Below are positions 12,808 through 26,204 of a DNA stretch of 64,000 bases, one piece after another (the first letter of the stretch is position 1; every line of letters begins with the position of its first letter). Made by a program: the position numbers and the translations under genes. Location of the stretch: contig NC_043002.1 of the NCBI RefSeq assembly GCF_006345805.1, positions 93,930,001 to 93,994,000 on the forward strand. Reading direction: 5' to 3'. Under the pieces are notes generated by a model. It searched no databases. It was not told the DNA's origin and was given only the letters and a program-made list of their open reading frames with translations. This DNA is from Octopus sinensis. Its lineage: Eukaryota.

Positions 12808-15796
12808 CTGTAAGGGTAAAAAGGACAAAGTGGTTAAGATCATACAACAAAACAAAGTAAACTTCTCACAAATACCTATCTCATCAATCAACATAGCAGA
12901 TCTGTGTCTATTATATACATAAGCTAAAAGATTGAATGCTTTAAAACAAATGAATTATATCATTGTTTCATCATCATCATAATAATGTACAGTTTTCCCT
13001 GCTTGCATGGGCCAGGTGGAATTCATTCAGGAAAATTTTCTACAACCAGATGCCCTTCCTATTACAAACTCCAACCTGTTTCGCAGCAAGGTAATATTTC
13101 CTCATAACCACATATGACAGGAAACAAAGGATACTGTTTCTGCAATGGTTATACTCATTTTACAACTATCACACCATATCAAAATGTAACAAGAGTGATA
13201 GGAGTGAAGACCCCCTTCGGTCATGAATGACCATGGGACTGCACCTAGGAAGTTATCCTCTGAAGCACAAGTCCGGGCAAGGTTGTTTATGGAAGACCAG
13301 CAGTTGCCCATGCCTCCCCTCTCCATGTCACCGATGTTAACCAAGGGAAAGACAAAGGCTGATACAGCTTGGCACCGCACCAGTGATGTTACAACTCATT
13401 TCTACAACCGAGTGAACTGGAGCAACATGAAATAGTGTCATGCTCAAGAACACAACCCACAGCCTGGCCCAGAAATCAAACTCACTACCTCATGATCATG
13501 AGCTCAATGCTCTAACCACTAAGCCATATACATGTGCATACACACACACACTCTCTTTCACCCCCTATATATATATATATAGAGAGAGAGATAATATACA
13601 GAGAGAGACATACAAACAAAAAAAAAAAAAAACAAGCTTCTTTCAGTTTCTGTTTACTAAATCCACTGACAAGATTTTGGTTAATCTGGACTATAAAACA
13701 AGACACTTTTCTCAAAGTGCCATACAGGGAGACTGAAATCAAGAGGTGAGAAACAAACTTAATTACATGGCCATGCTTGTACTCAATGCTAAAATACAAA
13801 ACTTGGACATGTATAGTGTGGCTATTGCAGTGTACCAGAAAGTGAGTTCCAAGAAAAAATTCTGCAGTTATGCAAGAGGCTTTTAATAAAATTTGATATA
13901 AATATTTTATAAAAAAAAAAATGGTATTCACTATTTCAAATGTCTGAATATATCCTTTAACTTAATGTAACATGAAAGCTTACATTAAATGAGAAAATTA
14001 TCTTTAAAATGATTTAAAAATTGATCCCTACAAAATTAAACACTGTATCTATGGAATAGAATTAACCCCTGCTCTTTTGATAGGGTGTATAGGTACAGAC
14101 AGGAAAAATCTTAATTCAAAATAAAATCTGACCTTCCATCTTTTCAACATTCTTAAATAGTTCTTTGTACAAAACCATTTGGGACGCCTGGTCTGAACGA
14201 CAACCTAAATACCACGGTCCATTCTGTGCAACCAAACCGTAATTATATCATGATCATTTAACTGACCAGACTATGCAATGTTACACATCGCTCGTCACAA
14301 AGCACTTTGCATCATTTTAGCCTTTGAATGACATCACCCTGCTGTCTAGGTGAGCAGGCCAACATTCCCCCTGATTAACAGGAAGGCTGGAGTAACATGA
14401 AATGGAGTGTTTTGCACAAGAATACAATACGCTGCCCAGTCTGAGAATTGAACTCATGATCTAAGGATCACAAGTGCAACAGCTTAACCACAAAGCCACG
14501 CACCTTCACAATAATTATATCCCAGATTTGATTAGTTACCCAGACGAAACTTGTAAGAGATACTATACAATTCAAGTGTCTTTATTCCTAAAATAATGGT
14601 CAACTATTATAAGTACATATTACATTTTCTGATTGTTCACTAATGAAACCCAGAACACAAAATGGAAAAAAAGAAAAGTCTGTTAGTTCAAGTAAGACAA
14701 AGAATTTTGCTTTGTCTTGTTAAATGAGAAATCCCCAATTAAGTCATTATATAACTTTTCTAGACATCTCCTGTCTTAGAGCTGATACTGCTACGCCTTC
14801 CTATATTACCTAGTCAACTATGTAAGTGGATAGTTTGTGCCCTACTTTGCCAAATATTTTTAACATTTCTCTGGCTATTCCTGATGCACCAGCGGCTCCC
14901 ACCACCTTCATAACATACCTGGTTTGGTGTATATCAAATGAGTACTGTGAATGCATTTTACAATATACCAGACTGGGAGGAAGTCAAAAGTGATGCAACC
15001 GTCTTTAGTTGCAAGCAGATGTAGCCATGCAATTAAGTGCAGAATATAACCAGTTACCATAAAATGGTGGGACAAATCAAGTTGCAAAAAAAAAAAAAAA
15101 AAAAACTGTGCCTAAATTTAGAGAACTCAGAAATGGAAAGCTCTCAGCGGTTGGTCAGTTTAAATTTGATTTTGTTAAAATATTTATTTACCTCATTTGT
15201 ATTTAGGTTATCTGCACTGAATGACAACTTTTGATTAATCTATATTTGTGAATCATTAGTTTGTTTATGGGTACAAATTTGTTTCATATGTGTGTGAATA
15301 TTTCATTTTGTTGTTTTCTACAAATGTAAATTCCGATATTTCATTCTATTTTTCATCTTTATAGTACACATCTTGTTCATGTACATTTTAGTTCAACTGA
15401 AAATTCAATAACGTGCATAGTGTTTCTAAATGAAGATATCATTGCATACCAGGCAGAATATTAGCTAATTACTCAATTTCTACACTGATGTTCGGACAAA
15501 ATTATAAATTTTACTTCAATGTATTTATCTGTAATTAGAAAGATGAAGAAACAGATTTAAGAACCTCTTGTTAAATTGTATTACAAAAACCACAAACACC
15601 CACTAAAAAAACAGCTGTTTTAAGAAACAAGTCTAAATTCATTATTGGAATTTTAACTCAAACACACTGGGTATAATTTTAATTAAAAATATAGCAAAAG
15701 AATGGTTAAGTTGCTGCTTATCTCCGATATATTTTTTAACACACATGTATTCAACAAAATAATTTTGAACATTTCTAAGAATATTCAAATATTTAC

Positions 15797-15856
15797 CTCT
15801 AATGCTTTTTTCTTTGCCAAATTAAATCCCTCTGTAATGTGCCTGGGATGAAGGCC
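15797..15856 (-). CDS. CCT6: CCT6 exon 4
   Basis: tttttcag acceptor, gtaaat donor; GLHPRHITEGFNLAKKKALE; 60 bp. Confidence 0.95.
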
Positions 15857-16448
15857 CTGAAAAAGTGAAATTAAACAAATTAGATTATCATCTATAGAAA
15901 TCTATTATTATCAACAGCAGGGTCAATAACATTATCTAATTTTTTTTTCAAAAGATTATTTTAAGAATAGCAGCTAACACTATTCTAAACATAAATTTTT
16001 AGATATCAACTAAAAAATAAAATATTCAAGAAACTTGTATAAAACTGCAGGAAAAGAATGTTAGCAACAGTAATAACAAGATCTCTTTAGAGTCTCAGAT
16101 CATAGAAAACGACATTTAAGAGGCTTCCAAGATAATTTGCTAGGAATGAAAGAGAAAAAAACAAAAACAAACTCATTTCAGATGCCCCAAGGAATATCTA
16201 AAATTCAAGAAATTCTGCATTGAAAACATGAAGCATTAAAACTTCAAAGTCACAAAGTTGAATAACAGCACAAATGAAATGTGTGAAGCCATTTTAGTAG
16301 AATCGTTTTTGTGATAATGTTTCTACTGCAATAACAAAGTTTTATCAATTAACAAAATAAACAAATTTTGAAATTCATTTTTCTATTGAATTTATTCATT
16401 AGGTTAGACCTAATGGACTTCATACTCTGAGCAGGGTTTGTTACTTAC

Positions 16449-16583
16449 CTCTGAAATGTAGAGCTCAGCTTGTTTAAGAAGTTCTCCAATAAGAAGGACA
16501 TTCGAAGTGGTTCCATCTCCTGTAACATCATCCTGGGCTGTGGCTGCCCGAGCAATTAAAGAAGCTGTAGGATGTTGAATTTG
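16449..16583 (-). CDS. CCT6: CCT6 exon 3
   Basis: [45 protein letters not shown] with the GDGTT ATP-binding motif; AG/GT flanks; 135 bp. Confidence 0.97.
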
Positions 16584-17689
16584 CTAAAAGGGGGGGAAAA
16601 AAAAAAAGAAAAAAAATTTAGCGACTAGATTGCAGATGATAATTTTCACATTTTATAATATAATATAATATACTAATATATAAACCAAAGTAAATCTAAT
16701 GGTGTGAATGAGTGCGTTTATCATATTTATCATGCCACATTGTATTTCAGTTTCAATATCACAGATCAGGTCACTTGTGAGAGGAAATCTTAAACTGTCT
16801 TTACATTACTTAATAAAAAGTGAATTATAAAATAAAAAGAACTTTCAGTTTCAGGTTCTTGCAAGTAAAAAAAAAAAAAAAAAAAAAAAAAGCTATCTTT
16901 TAATGCAATAGAGGCAAGCACAGCTGTGTGGTTAAGTTTGCTTTGCAACTGTGCTGTTTTGGGTCCTTTCCATCAGGAGCTGTTTTATGGTGGCCTTCGA
17001 AAAATCAGGAACTTGTGAGTGAAATTTAGGAAACAAATTCAGTGGAAGCTCATCATCATCATTATCTGTCTACCATGGTGGCATGGTTTGGGTAATTTGA
17101 CAGTTTGGGCAGGAGCTGGCAAGCCAGAAGACTGTATTAAGCTCAATTGTCTCCTCTGGTATGGCTTTTGTGGCCAGATGTTCTTCCTGAAACCGACCAC
17201 TTTATAGAATGTACGGGATACTTTTTACATGGCACCAAGACTCGACTGAGGTGGAGACAGCTTTGTGCCAGATGATGAGAAATGAGAGTATGACAGAGGA
17301 ACACAAATAAGTGTCAAGCAGTAGAGGAGAGAAAAGATGGTGAAATGCATTGGACCAAACCCCCAAGTTACAGGAAGGTGTATATAAGTGGTAGACAGGA
17401 TTGGGTGGGGTGAGTGGGCAGGTTAGTTCAAGAAAGAACAAAAGAAGAATGGGAGATTACATGTGCACGCACATGTGTGAGCATAACTTTGCACTGACAC
17501 AACATGGGAAGCAGTGACACTGTATAAATAATAAGTCTGGTATCTCAGCTGTATGAAAATTTGAAGATCAGTGGAAGATGTTGGCATCAGGAAGAGTATC
17601 CAGCAAGATCTGTCCAATATGACAAATATGGCCAAATAGACTGTTGGTTCAATGAGGATTTTAATAACCAGGTAGTTATTGTACCTTGG

Positions 17690-18039
17690 ATTGCAAAACG
17701 ACCTGCTGTGCTTGAGGAGACCTATTGAGTCAAGTACATGAACATCGAAATAAATATCAAATGGAAATAGTAGTTGTGATACCTGTGCCGGTGGCATGTA
17801 AAAAAGCACCATCAGAACATGGTCGATGCCAGCGCCGCCTTGACTAGCTTCTGGGCCGGTGGCACGTAAAAATCACCCACTACACTCACGGAGTGGTTGG
17901 CGTTAGGAAGGGCATCCAGCTGTAGAAACACTGCCAGATCAGACTGGAGCCTGGTGCAGCCTCCTGGCTTCCCAGACCCCGGTTGAACCGTCCAACCCAT
18001 GCTAGCATGGAAAACGGATGTTAAACGATGATGATGATG
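17690..18039 (+). mobile_element. RTE 3'-end fragment in CCT6 intron 2
   Basis: gtgccggtggcacgtaaaa modules, terminal module gttggcgttaggaagggcatccagctgtag, (GAT)n. Confidence 0.85.
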
Positions 18040-19435
18040 TAGACATATATTAATGCAATCTCAGAAAAGTTCTTTCAAGTCTTAGATAACAAGAAAGGAG
18101 TTCAAGGCAGGATATTAGCAGAAATATGAGGAGTACCTGATTTTTATTGAAGAATTCTCACAAAAAACACATGCACAAAACTTTGAATGTCTGCCAATTT
18201 ACCAAAACCATGAATGGCTGGTAGTAAGGACAACTTCTAAAACAGTAGTCTTTTAATTGGGCAGTAATAGTGTTGAGCTCACAGGGGGCTGAAAATATTA
18301 AAGGGATGCTGGGTGTTTAGTAGGATAGTGATTTTTCTTAGAAATAAGATATTTGAACCAGGTAATATTCTTAGATTTTAAAAACGAGAAATAAATCTTT
18401 GTCAGGATCCACCCTTTAGCATTCTGATTACCCTGCTAAATGTAATGCTTACTGACTTGCTTCGTTTTGAATTACTCATACATTGTCTCACAGCATTGAT
18501 ATTTTGATAGTCTTTTATTTGTTTCAGTCATTTGACTGCAGCCATGCTGGAGCACTGCCTTGAGTATGAGTGGAACATTATGTATTGTGCAGAAACATGA
18601 CTGAAGATGCCTACTGTCTTTTTGGAAATTAAAAAAATCTCAATTCACACACGACACACTCTGTGAGGATGATCTAAGAAGTTTGATGGCCACATCATTT
18701 TATGTGCACTTTCTGTGCTGACATGGAGAAGATGGATCATGACATCCTGAGTTAGTTTTTATTTAGGGTTATTGCTCTCCTAAATGGGCCAGGAGACCAA
18801 ATTTTGCTTGTATAGTGTATATTAGGCATGATTTGCCTGGATGCCCTAACACTAACTTATCTACTGTTAAAGCCACCTCCAACACTGAAGAAATTACAAT
18901 TTCAGTTAATGCCAGAGAAGCAGTTCACCAAAGGAAAAGAAGTAGGACCATGAAAGAGATATGTGGTTGTAGAAAGCCAAACCATTACACAATATTTGAT
19001 TAAAAAACACAGAATGGAGATATTGTATTGCAAGCTTGTACTATCAAAGCTAGAATGAAAAAAAAAACAAATATTTCACTGACAATGTTCAAATTAGCAA
19101 ACAGACAAATTAACTTAACTCTTGGGTACCAGTTTGCAATTAACTTTACTTCAACTCTTGATCATGAGATAATATTGTAACATCCAAAAATATGGAATAT
19201 GTCTCAGGGTTTCTTTTATCTTTTACCTGTTTCAGTCATTAGATGCTAGCCAAGCTGGGGTTGAAGAAGTTTTAATTGAATGAAGTGATCCCAGTACCTA
19301 TTTTTTTTAAAACCTGATACTCATTCTGTCTGTCTCTTTTGCTGAACCACTAAGCTATGAAGAGGCTTGGAAAGTTTTTTTGTTTTTTTTTTTTGTAAGT
19401 GAATGGAAGAATTGCTTTTCAAATGAGACACTCAC

Positions 19436-19499
19436 CATCTCGTGAAGAAGTACATTTCCATCCTTAGTTAATTTGATGTCTCCAGCACCAGATACCAAC
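19436..19499 (-). CDS. CCT6: CCT6 exon 2
   Basis: ttttaag acceptor, gtgag donor; (M)[21 protein letters not shown] with chaperonin TKDG motif; 64 bp, phase matches exon 1. Confidence 0.96.
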
Positions 19500-20265
19500 C
19501 TTAAAAGAAAAAAAGCTCACAATTAATGATGCGTATTGTTTCCGTGTTGAGATATACACAATTGAGTAACTTATTGAAACATTGAAATTAATACATCAAG
19601 AAACTTTACAGTCAATGCATAAACATATTCATAATTGGAATGAATAAAATTGGTAAGTGTTGTGTAGGGACTGAACCTGAGATCACATTGCAAAGTGAAC
19701 TACTTAACACAGCCATGCCTGCACTTGTGAAATGTTAAGGAGTCTCTATGCAGGGAGACACAACTTGTTAGAAATAGCAACTAAATACCCATAAAATCAC
19801 ATCTTATCATCTCACAAAAAAAAATATAATGGGCAGAGATGGCAATGGTTACAACTGAATTACTTATAAGAATGCTCAATCAAAGATAACGAGGAGTAAG
19901 ACAACTAATCCATTTTCATGTTGACCCTTGTAGAGATTTACCAAAATCTTCAAGTTTGATTTAGTTTCGATTCTTGACTAGTTGATAAGAACACACGATC
20001 ACTAACTTTTATACCTTATCCTAATTAAAATTTAGATTAACTACCTTGTTTATTGCTTAGCAACAGGTCAACTGATATAGAAAACCTAAATACACCAACG
20101 GTGACCACTAGGAAATCTTTGGGTTGTCTTTTCATTAATCAAGACTTTCGAGGAGATAATGGAGGGAAATGTGGTTGTTATTCGTTGCAGGTCAAAAGAA
20201 CACTACTCCATAGTTTCTGCTGATCACTGAACATTATTTACTTAATTTCAACTAATATTGGTTGG

Positions 20266-20653
20266 AATGGTTGGCGTTAGGAAGGGCATCCAGCTGTAGA
20301 AACACTGCCAGATCTGACTGGCCTGGTGCAGCCTTCAGGGCTCCCCAGACCCCAGTTGAACCGTCCAACCCATGCTAGCATGGAAAGCGGACGTTAAATG
20401 ATGATGATTATATGCCAGATTATGCAGCGAGGTCATTGCCAGTACCGCCTGACTGGGCCCGTGCCGGTGACACGTAAAAAGCACCCACTACACTCTCGGA
20501 GTGGTTGGCATTAGGAAGGGCATCCAGTTGTAGAAACTCTGCCAAATCAAGATGGGAGCCTGGTGTAGCCATCTGGTTCGCCAACCCTCAGTCAAAATCG
20601 TCCAACCCATGCTAGCATGGAAAGCGGACGTTAAACGGTGATGATGATGATGA
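20266..20653 (+). mobile_element. Two consecutive RTE 3'-end fragments in CCT6 intron 1
   Basis: Terminal module present twice, each ending in (GAT)n. Confidence 0.82.
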
Positions 20654-22142
20654 TATATATATATTTTTAATGGCTCAGTCAAAGCAGAAAATGTATAGAC
20701 CTGGCTCAAATGCTTGCAACAGAGTCGACTGTTAAAGACACCAAAAGGACAAGTGTATTGGTGGTGATACTAAAGTGGGCAATATAATAAGTCTACCATC
20801 CCCAAAACAGAAACATACCCTCCGACAGGCTTCCAAATAATTTCCATCTACTCACGATATAATAATTTCCATCTACTCATTAGGACTAATGCATAAGGGA
20901 CTTGCCTAGGTGCCACACTGTGAGACTGAACCAGAGAGCACATAGTTACTGCGCGAATCATAACATACAGCCCCTTTTTTCACCTATTTCCCTGTTTCAT
21001 TGCTCGTTTTGCTAGTCTTCTCATACTTTCTAAAAATACGACGCCTGTCTACAATACCATGTCTCCTATATATATATATGAAGAACACTTTTAACAGGTT
21101 CCGTTTTTTAACGTGAACAGTTTCTTGGGATTCCAAAAAATTCTTACACTTCACGCTTTTTTCAATCGGAACATTCACAATCTTCACAGGACATCTGAAT
21201 TAACAATATATTAGCAGTATCTTAATTAAATCCCCAGTTATTAATTTAATATTAGTCAGAGGGATTAACTAAAGAAGGCTGTCATGGAAGCTTTTAGAGA
21301 CAAAGACAGAAAGAAAGTGTATACTTTTCATCGGAATTTAATATTCAAATGAGTTGCTCACAATGACTAGTCCATGTTAATTTACCATGATCGGAAGTTC
21401 TGCTCCCAATAATTTTACCAAATAAGTATTGATGCTCTATCACCGGTAGCTAATTGCAAGATTAATTAAATAGTGTCTATATTTTAGAAAAATCCAAGAT
21501 ACAAAAAGAAAATAGAAAATTAAGGAAAAAATATTATTTAACAGATTAAAGCTACAATTATGAATAAAAGAAAAAAGGCTGGGTTGGGGGGGGGGACAGA
21601 ATGATGTTCAGAACATTGAATTTAAATATTTAATAATACAAGTTATATATATTTAAAATATCTTTCATGGTTTGATTGTGATTTGAAAAATTAGACGATT
21701 TCGTAAAACATAAAGCGATGCATGTCATTTTTTTTTTTTTTTCATATTGCTATAAACTGTCTGGTCTTTATAATACCATTTAGCCATCAGACAGAATTAT
21801 CTTCGATGAGAAAAAGATACAATATCATAGAGAAAACAGGCGAGACATTTTCAGATATATATATGTAATTAATAGAAAACAAAAATCGAAATATGAATGG
21901 GAGTAGACATGAAAAAGATTAATTTAGTCGAAAGCACCGCCGCACATGGCCGCCAGGATTTCATAAATCGCTCTCTCGTAAAGATATTTCTATTAAATAC
22001 TAATGCAAACTAATATTGTAATATGTCAAATTCAAATAGAAATCGTAATATGTCCAACAAGAAGTGAGTGTAAATGCTAATAAGAAAAAAGAGAGGCCTA
22101 AGCACGTGTAGTAAGTAGTTTAGTTATAACATTGCCGGCTTC

Positions 22143-22157
22143 ATTCTGGAAGATTCT
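22143..22157. promoter_or_regulatory. Heat-shock element in CCT6 intron 1
   Basis: aTTCt gGAAg aTTCt: three in-phase inverted nGAAn units followed by a degenerate fourth (gGATg), ~70 bp inside intron 1 of a chaperonin gene. Confidence 0.65.
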
Positions 22158-22226
22158 GGATGCGACAGAAGTGAAAGAGCATTGAGACGGAGGGATAAAA
22201 AAAGAGAAACATGTACAACAGCTTAC

Positions 22227-22363
22227 ATTTTAAGGGTTCCTCTAGGTCCGAGATTAGTCCGAAGGACATCCTGAAGACCTTTAGCAGCGCTAATGTTAAC
22301 AGCAAGGGCTTGAGCAGCGCGAGCTACTTCGGCTTTCGGATTCAATGACTTCACGGCCGCCAT
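22227..22363 (-). CDS. CCT6: T-complex protein 1 subunit zeta, coding exon 1
   Basis: ATG at 22363 in aacaagATGGcg context; [45 protein letters not shown](M) is the CCT6 N-terminus; donor AT|gtaagc; 137 bp. Confidence 0.97.
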
Positions 22364-22455
22364 CTTGTTAGACAAGAATGAGTTCTGCTGACTCACGTGG
22401 GTCACAACGAACAGTATCTCTCGATTGCGATACGGATGCGCAGAAGGAACATATT
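22364..22455 (-). promoter_or_regulatory. Short CpG-containing 5' UTR / proximal promoter of CCT6
   Basis: CpG-containing stretch directly upstream of the ATG with a CACGTG E-box; a YY1-like GCCGCCATCTT overlaps the start codon; bounded by an almost pure A/T tract. Confidence 0.6.
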
Positions 22456-22761
22456 ATACATACATATTTAATATATAAATATATATATGTCTTAAATTTT
22501 TTAATTTAAAAATTTTTAATTTTAATAGTTTAAATTTTGAATTTTATATTTTATATATATATGTTATATATTATATTAATCATATTTATTTATTGTTTTT
22601 TTTTATGTTTTGGTTTTTATGTTTATCACTGTTTGTATTGCCTAATAGTGGTTTTATCTCTAATTTAATTTATATCTATACTGTGAATTTGATTTAATCC
22701 TAAATCTAATTTTTCCCTGTAAGTTTGGATATACTCCCTAATATTATTATTATTATTATTA

Positions 22762-22792
<31 letters not shown>

Positions 22793-22844
22793 TATATTAT
22801 ACATTACATTATTTATATATATATATATATATATATACATTACA

Positions 22845-22904
<60 letters not shown>

Positions 22905-22914
22905 TATACATTTT

Positions 22915-24564
22915 GTTGGCAACATGTACACAGAAGAATTCAAAGTAGAGGTTGGGGTCCACCAGGATTCAGTACTCAGCCCCCTCCTATTTATCATAGT
23001 CCTCGAGGCAATTGTGGAGGAATTCAAGACAGGTTGCCCCTGGGAGCTCCTCTATGCTGACGACCTCGCTCTTATTGCTGAGTCACTATCAGAACTGGAG
23101 GAGAAGTTCCAGGTGTGGAAGGAGGGTTTAGAATCGAGGGGCCTTAGAGTCAACCTAGCTAAAACCAAAGTACTAGTAAGTAGAAAGGTAGACAATCCAC
23201 AAATATCCTCAGGAAGATGGCCCTGCTCGATCTGTAGAAAAGGTGTAGGTAGAAACTCTATAAGATGTACCCAGTGTAAGCTATGGACACATAAGAGGTG
23301 CAGCAATGTCAAAGGTAGGCTAACTGGGAAGATAGTTTTTGTATGTGGCAGATGCTCGGGAGCATTGACCTCCGAAAATCTGCAGAAAACAACTTCCGTC
23401 ACTTTCCAGGTGGATAAACTAGAAGTAGTTGATAGCTTCCGCTATCTAGGTGACCAAGTCAGTAGTGGGGGTGGGTGCGCTGAAAGTGTAACTGCTAGAA
23501 TAAGAATAGCCTGGGCAAAGTTTAGGGAGCTCTTACCTCTGCTGGTGACTAAAGGCCTCTCGCTCAGAGTAAAAGGCAGACTGTAAGATGCATGTGTACG
23601 TACAGCCATGCTACATGGCAGTGAAACATGGGCCGTGACTGCTGAGGACATGCGTAAGCTCATGAGGAATGAAGCCAGTATGCTCCGATGGATGTGTAAT
23701 GTCAGTGTACTTACTCAACAGAGCGTTAGTACCTTGAGAGAAATCTTGTACCTAAGAAGCATCAGTTGTGGTGTGCAAGAGAGACGATTGCGCTGGTATG
23801 GTCATGTGGCGAGAATGGATGAAGATAGGTGTGTGAGAAAGTGCCAATCCCTAGCAGTTGAGGGAACCTGTGGAAGAGGTAGACCCAGGAAAACCTGGGA
23901 CGAGGTGGTGAAGCACGACCTTCGAGCGTTAGGTCTCACCATGGAAATGACTAGAGACCGAGACCTATGGAAGTATGCTGTGCGTGAGAAGACCCGGCAA
24001 GACTAGTGAAGCCATAACCCGTGGCCCCTACCTGGGACATAGTCAGTCCACCTGTGCATGCCTTCCTTCTTGTGACACTTGTGAAGACCTGTTGAGGCAA
24101 GTGAAAATCAAATCAAATCAATCAAATCAAATCAAACCAAATCAAAATAGATGAACATCAATGGAATTTGTATCCTTGTGGTACCAGTGCCGGTGGCACA
24201 TAAGAAAACCATCCGAACGTGACCGTAGCCAGTACCGCATCGACTGGCCTCTGTGCTGAGGGCACGTAACAAACACTGTCCGAGCATGGCCGTTCGCCAG
24301 CCTCGTCTGGCACCTGTGTCGGTGGCACATAAAAACACCATCCGAGCGTGGCAGTCTGCCAGCCTCGTCTGGCACCTGTGTCGGTGGCACATAAAATCAC
24401 CCACTACACTCTTGGAGTGGTTGGCGTTAGGAAGGGCATCCAGCTGTAGAAACACTGCCAGATCTGACTGGCCTGGTGCAGCCTTCGAGCTTGCCAGACC
24501 CCAGTTGAACCGTCCAACCCATGCTAGCATGGAAAGCGGACGTTAAACGATGATGATGATGATG
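22915..24564 (+). mobile_element. RTE-clade LINE, 5'-truncated, with premature stop
   Basis: Near-identical ORF to the 9.8-kb copy with TAA at 23584-23586; different 3' UTR; apparent TSD attatacatttt at 22903-22914 and 24565-24576. Confidence 0.93.
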
Positions 24565-24665
24565 ATTATACATTTTATATATATATATATATATGTATGT
24601 ATATATATATATTATACATTTTATATATATATGTATATATATGTGTGTGTTTGTGTATGTATATA

Positions 24666-25052
24666 TCATCATTCATTTAGCGTCCGTTTTCCATGCTAGC
24701 ATGGGTTGGACGGTTCAACTGGGGTCTGGGGAGCCCGAAGGCTGCACCAGGCCAGTCAGATCTGGCAGTGTTTCTAGTGGGTGATTTTATGTGCCACCGA
24801 CACAGGTGCCAGACGAGGCTGGCGAACGGCCACGCACGGATGGTGTTTTTTATGTGCCACCGACACAGGTGCCAGATGAGGCTGGCGAACGGCCACGATC
24901 GGATGATGTTTGTTACGTGCCCGCAGCACGGAGGCCAGTCGATGCGGTACTGGCTACGGTCACGTTTGGATGGTTTTCTTGTGTGCCACCGGCACTGGTA
25001 CCACAAAGATACAAATTCCATTGATGTTCATCTATTTTGATTTGTTTTGATT
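24666..25052 (-). mobile_element. RTE 3'-end fragment, inverted relative to the adjacent copy
   Basis: Reverse complement of ~24140-24560 with an internal deletion; (ATC) tail facing a (TA)n tract. Confidence 0.88.
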
Positions 25053-25468
25053 GTATGTATATATATATGTATATATATGTGTATGTATATATGTATATAT
25101 ATATGTATGTGTATATATATATGTATGTATATATATATATATATATATATGTATATGTGGAGGCGCAATGGCCCAGTGGTTAGGGCAGTGGACTTGCGGT
25201 TTCGATTTCCAGACCAGGCATTGTGAGTGTTTATTGAGCGAAAACACCTAAAAGCTCCACGAGGCTCCAGCAGGGGGTGGTGATCCGTGCTGTACTATTT
25301 CACCACTGTTTCTTCTGTTGGCCTGCTTGCTTAGCCAGCGGGGTGGCGTCATTTGAAGGCTAAAACAATGTGAACGCATTGTGACCAGTAATGTGTAACT
25401 ACATCTGATGGACTGGTCGGTCACGTGATCACGTGATATATATGTATAGGTATATATATATATATATG

Positions 25469-26204
25469 AGACGACTGCGCTGGTATGGTCATGTGGCGAG
25501 AATGGATGAGGATAGCTGTGTGTAAAAGTGCCACACCCTAGCAGATTAGGGAACCTGTAGAAGAGGTAAACCCAGGAAGACCTGGGATGAGGTGGTGAAG
25601 CACGACCTTTGAATATTAGGCCTCACTGAGGCAATGACTTGTGACCGAGACCTTTGGAAATATGCTGTGTATGAGAAGACCCGGCAAGCCAAGTGAGACC
25701 ATAACTTATGCGTACCTTTCCTTCATTGGACATTAAACTCTGCTTGCGATGAGTGAAATCGAAATCAAATTTGATGACTGACATCCATGCTAGTGGAGCA
25801 CTAAGAGCACCATCCGAGTGTGATCAATAACAGAGCAACTGACTGGCTTCCATGCCGGTGGAAGGTAAAAAGCACCTTCGAGCATGATCATTACCAGTGT
25901 CGCTTTACTGGCACTTGTGCTGGTGGAACGTGAAAAAGCATTCGAGTGAGGTCGTTGTCAGTGCCACTGGACTGTGCAGGTGGCACATAAAAACCACCAT
26001 TTGAGCATGACTGGCCCTCGTGCCGGTGGCATGTAAAAGCACCCACTATACTCTCGGAGTATTTGGCGTTAGGAAGGGCATCCAGCTGTAGAAACTCCGC
26101 TAGATCAGATTGGAGCCTGGTGCAGCCATCTGGTTCGCCAGTCCTCAGTCAAATCGTCCAACCCATGCCAGCATGAACAGCGGACGATGATGATGATGAT
26201 GATG
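25469..26204 (+). mobile_element. RTE 3' portion (ORF C-terminus and 3' UTR)
   Basis: RRLRWYGHVARMDED..RGKPRKTW remnant, hairpin modules, terminal module, (GAT)n. Confidence 0.88.

Noticed and set aside
22364-22405. N-terminal extension [14 protein letters not shown] of CCT6 in the ORF track
   Set aside because: Begins at a non-ATG codon; the conserved protein starts MAAVK at 22363
25159-25225. tRNA-like sequences at SINE heads (also 46235, 54776, 62415)
   Set aside because: They continue into SINE bodies, some with TSDs, and lack a complete cloverleaf
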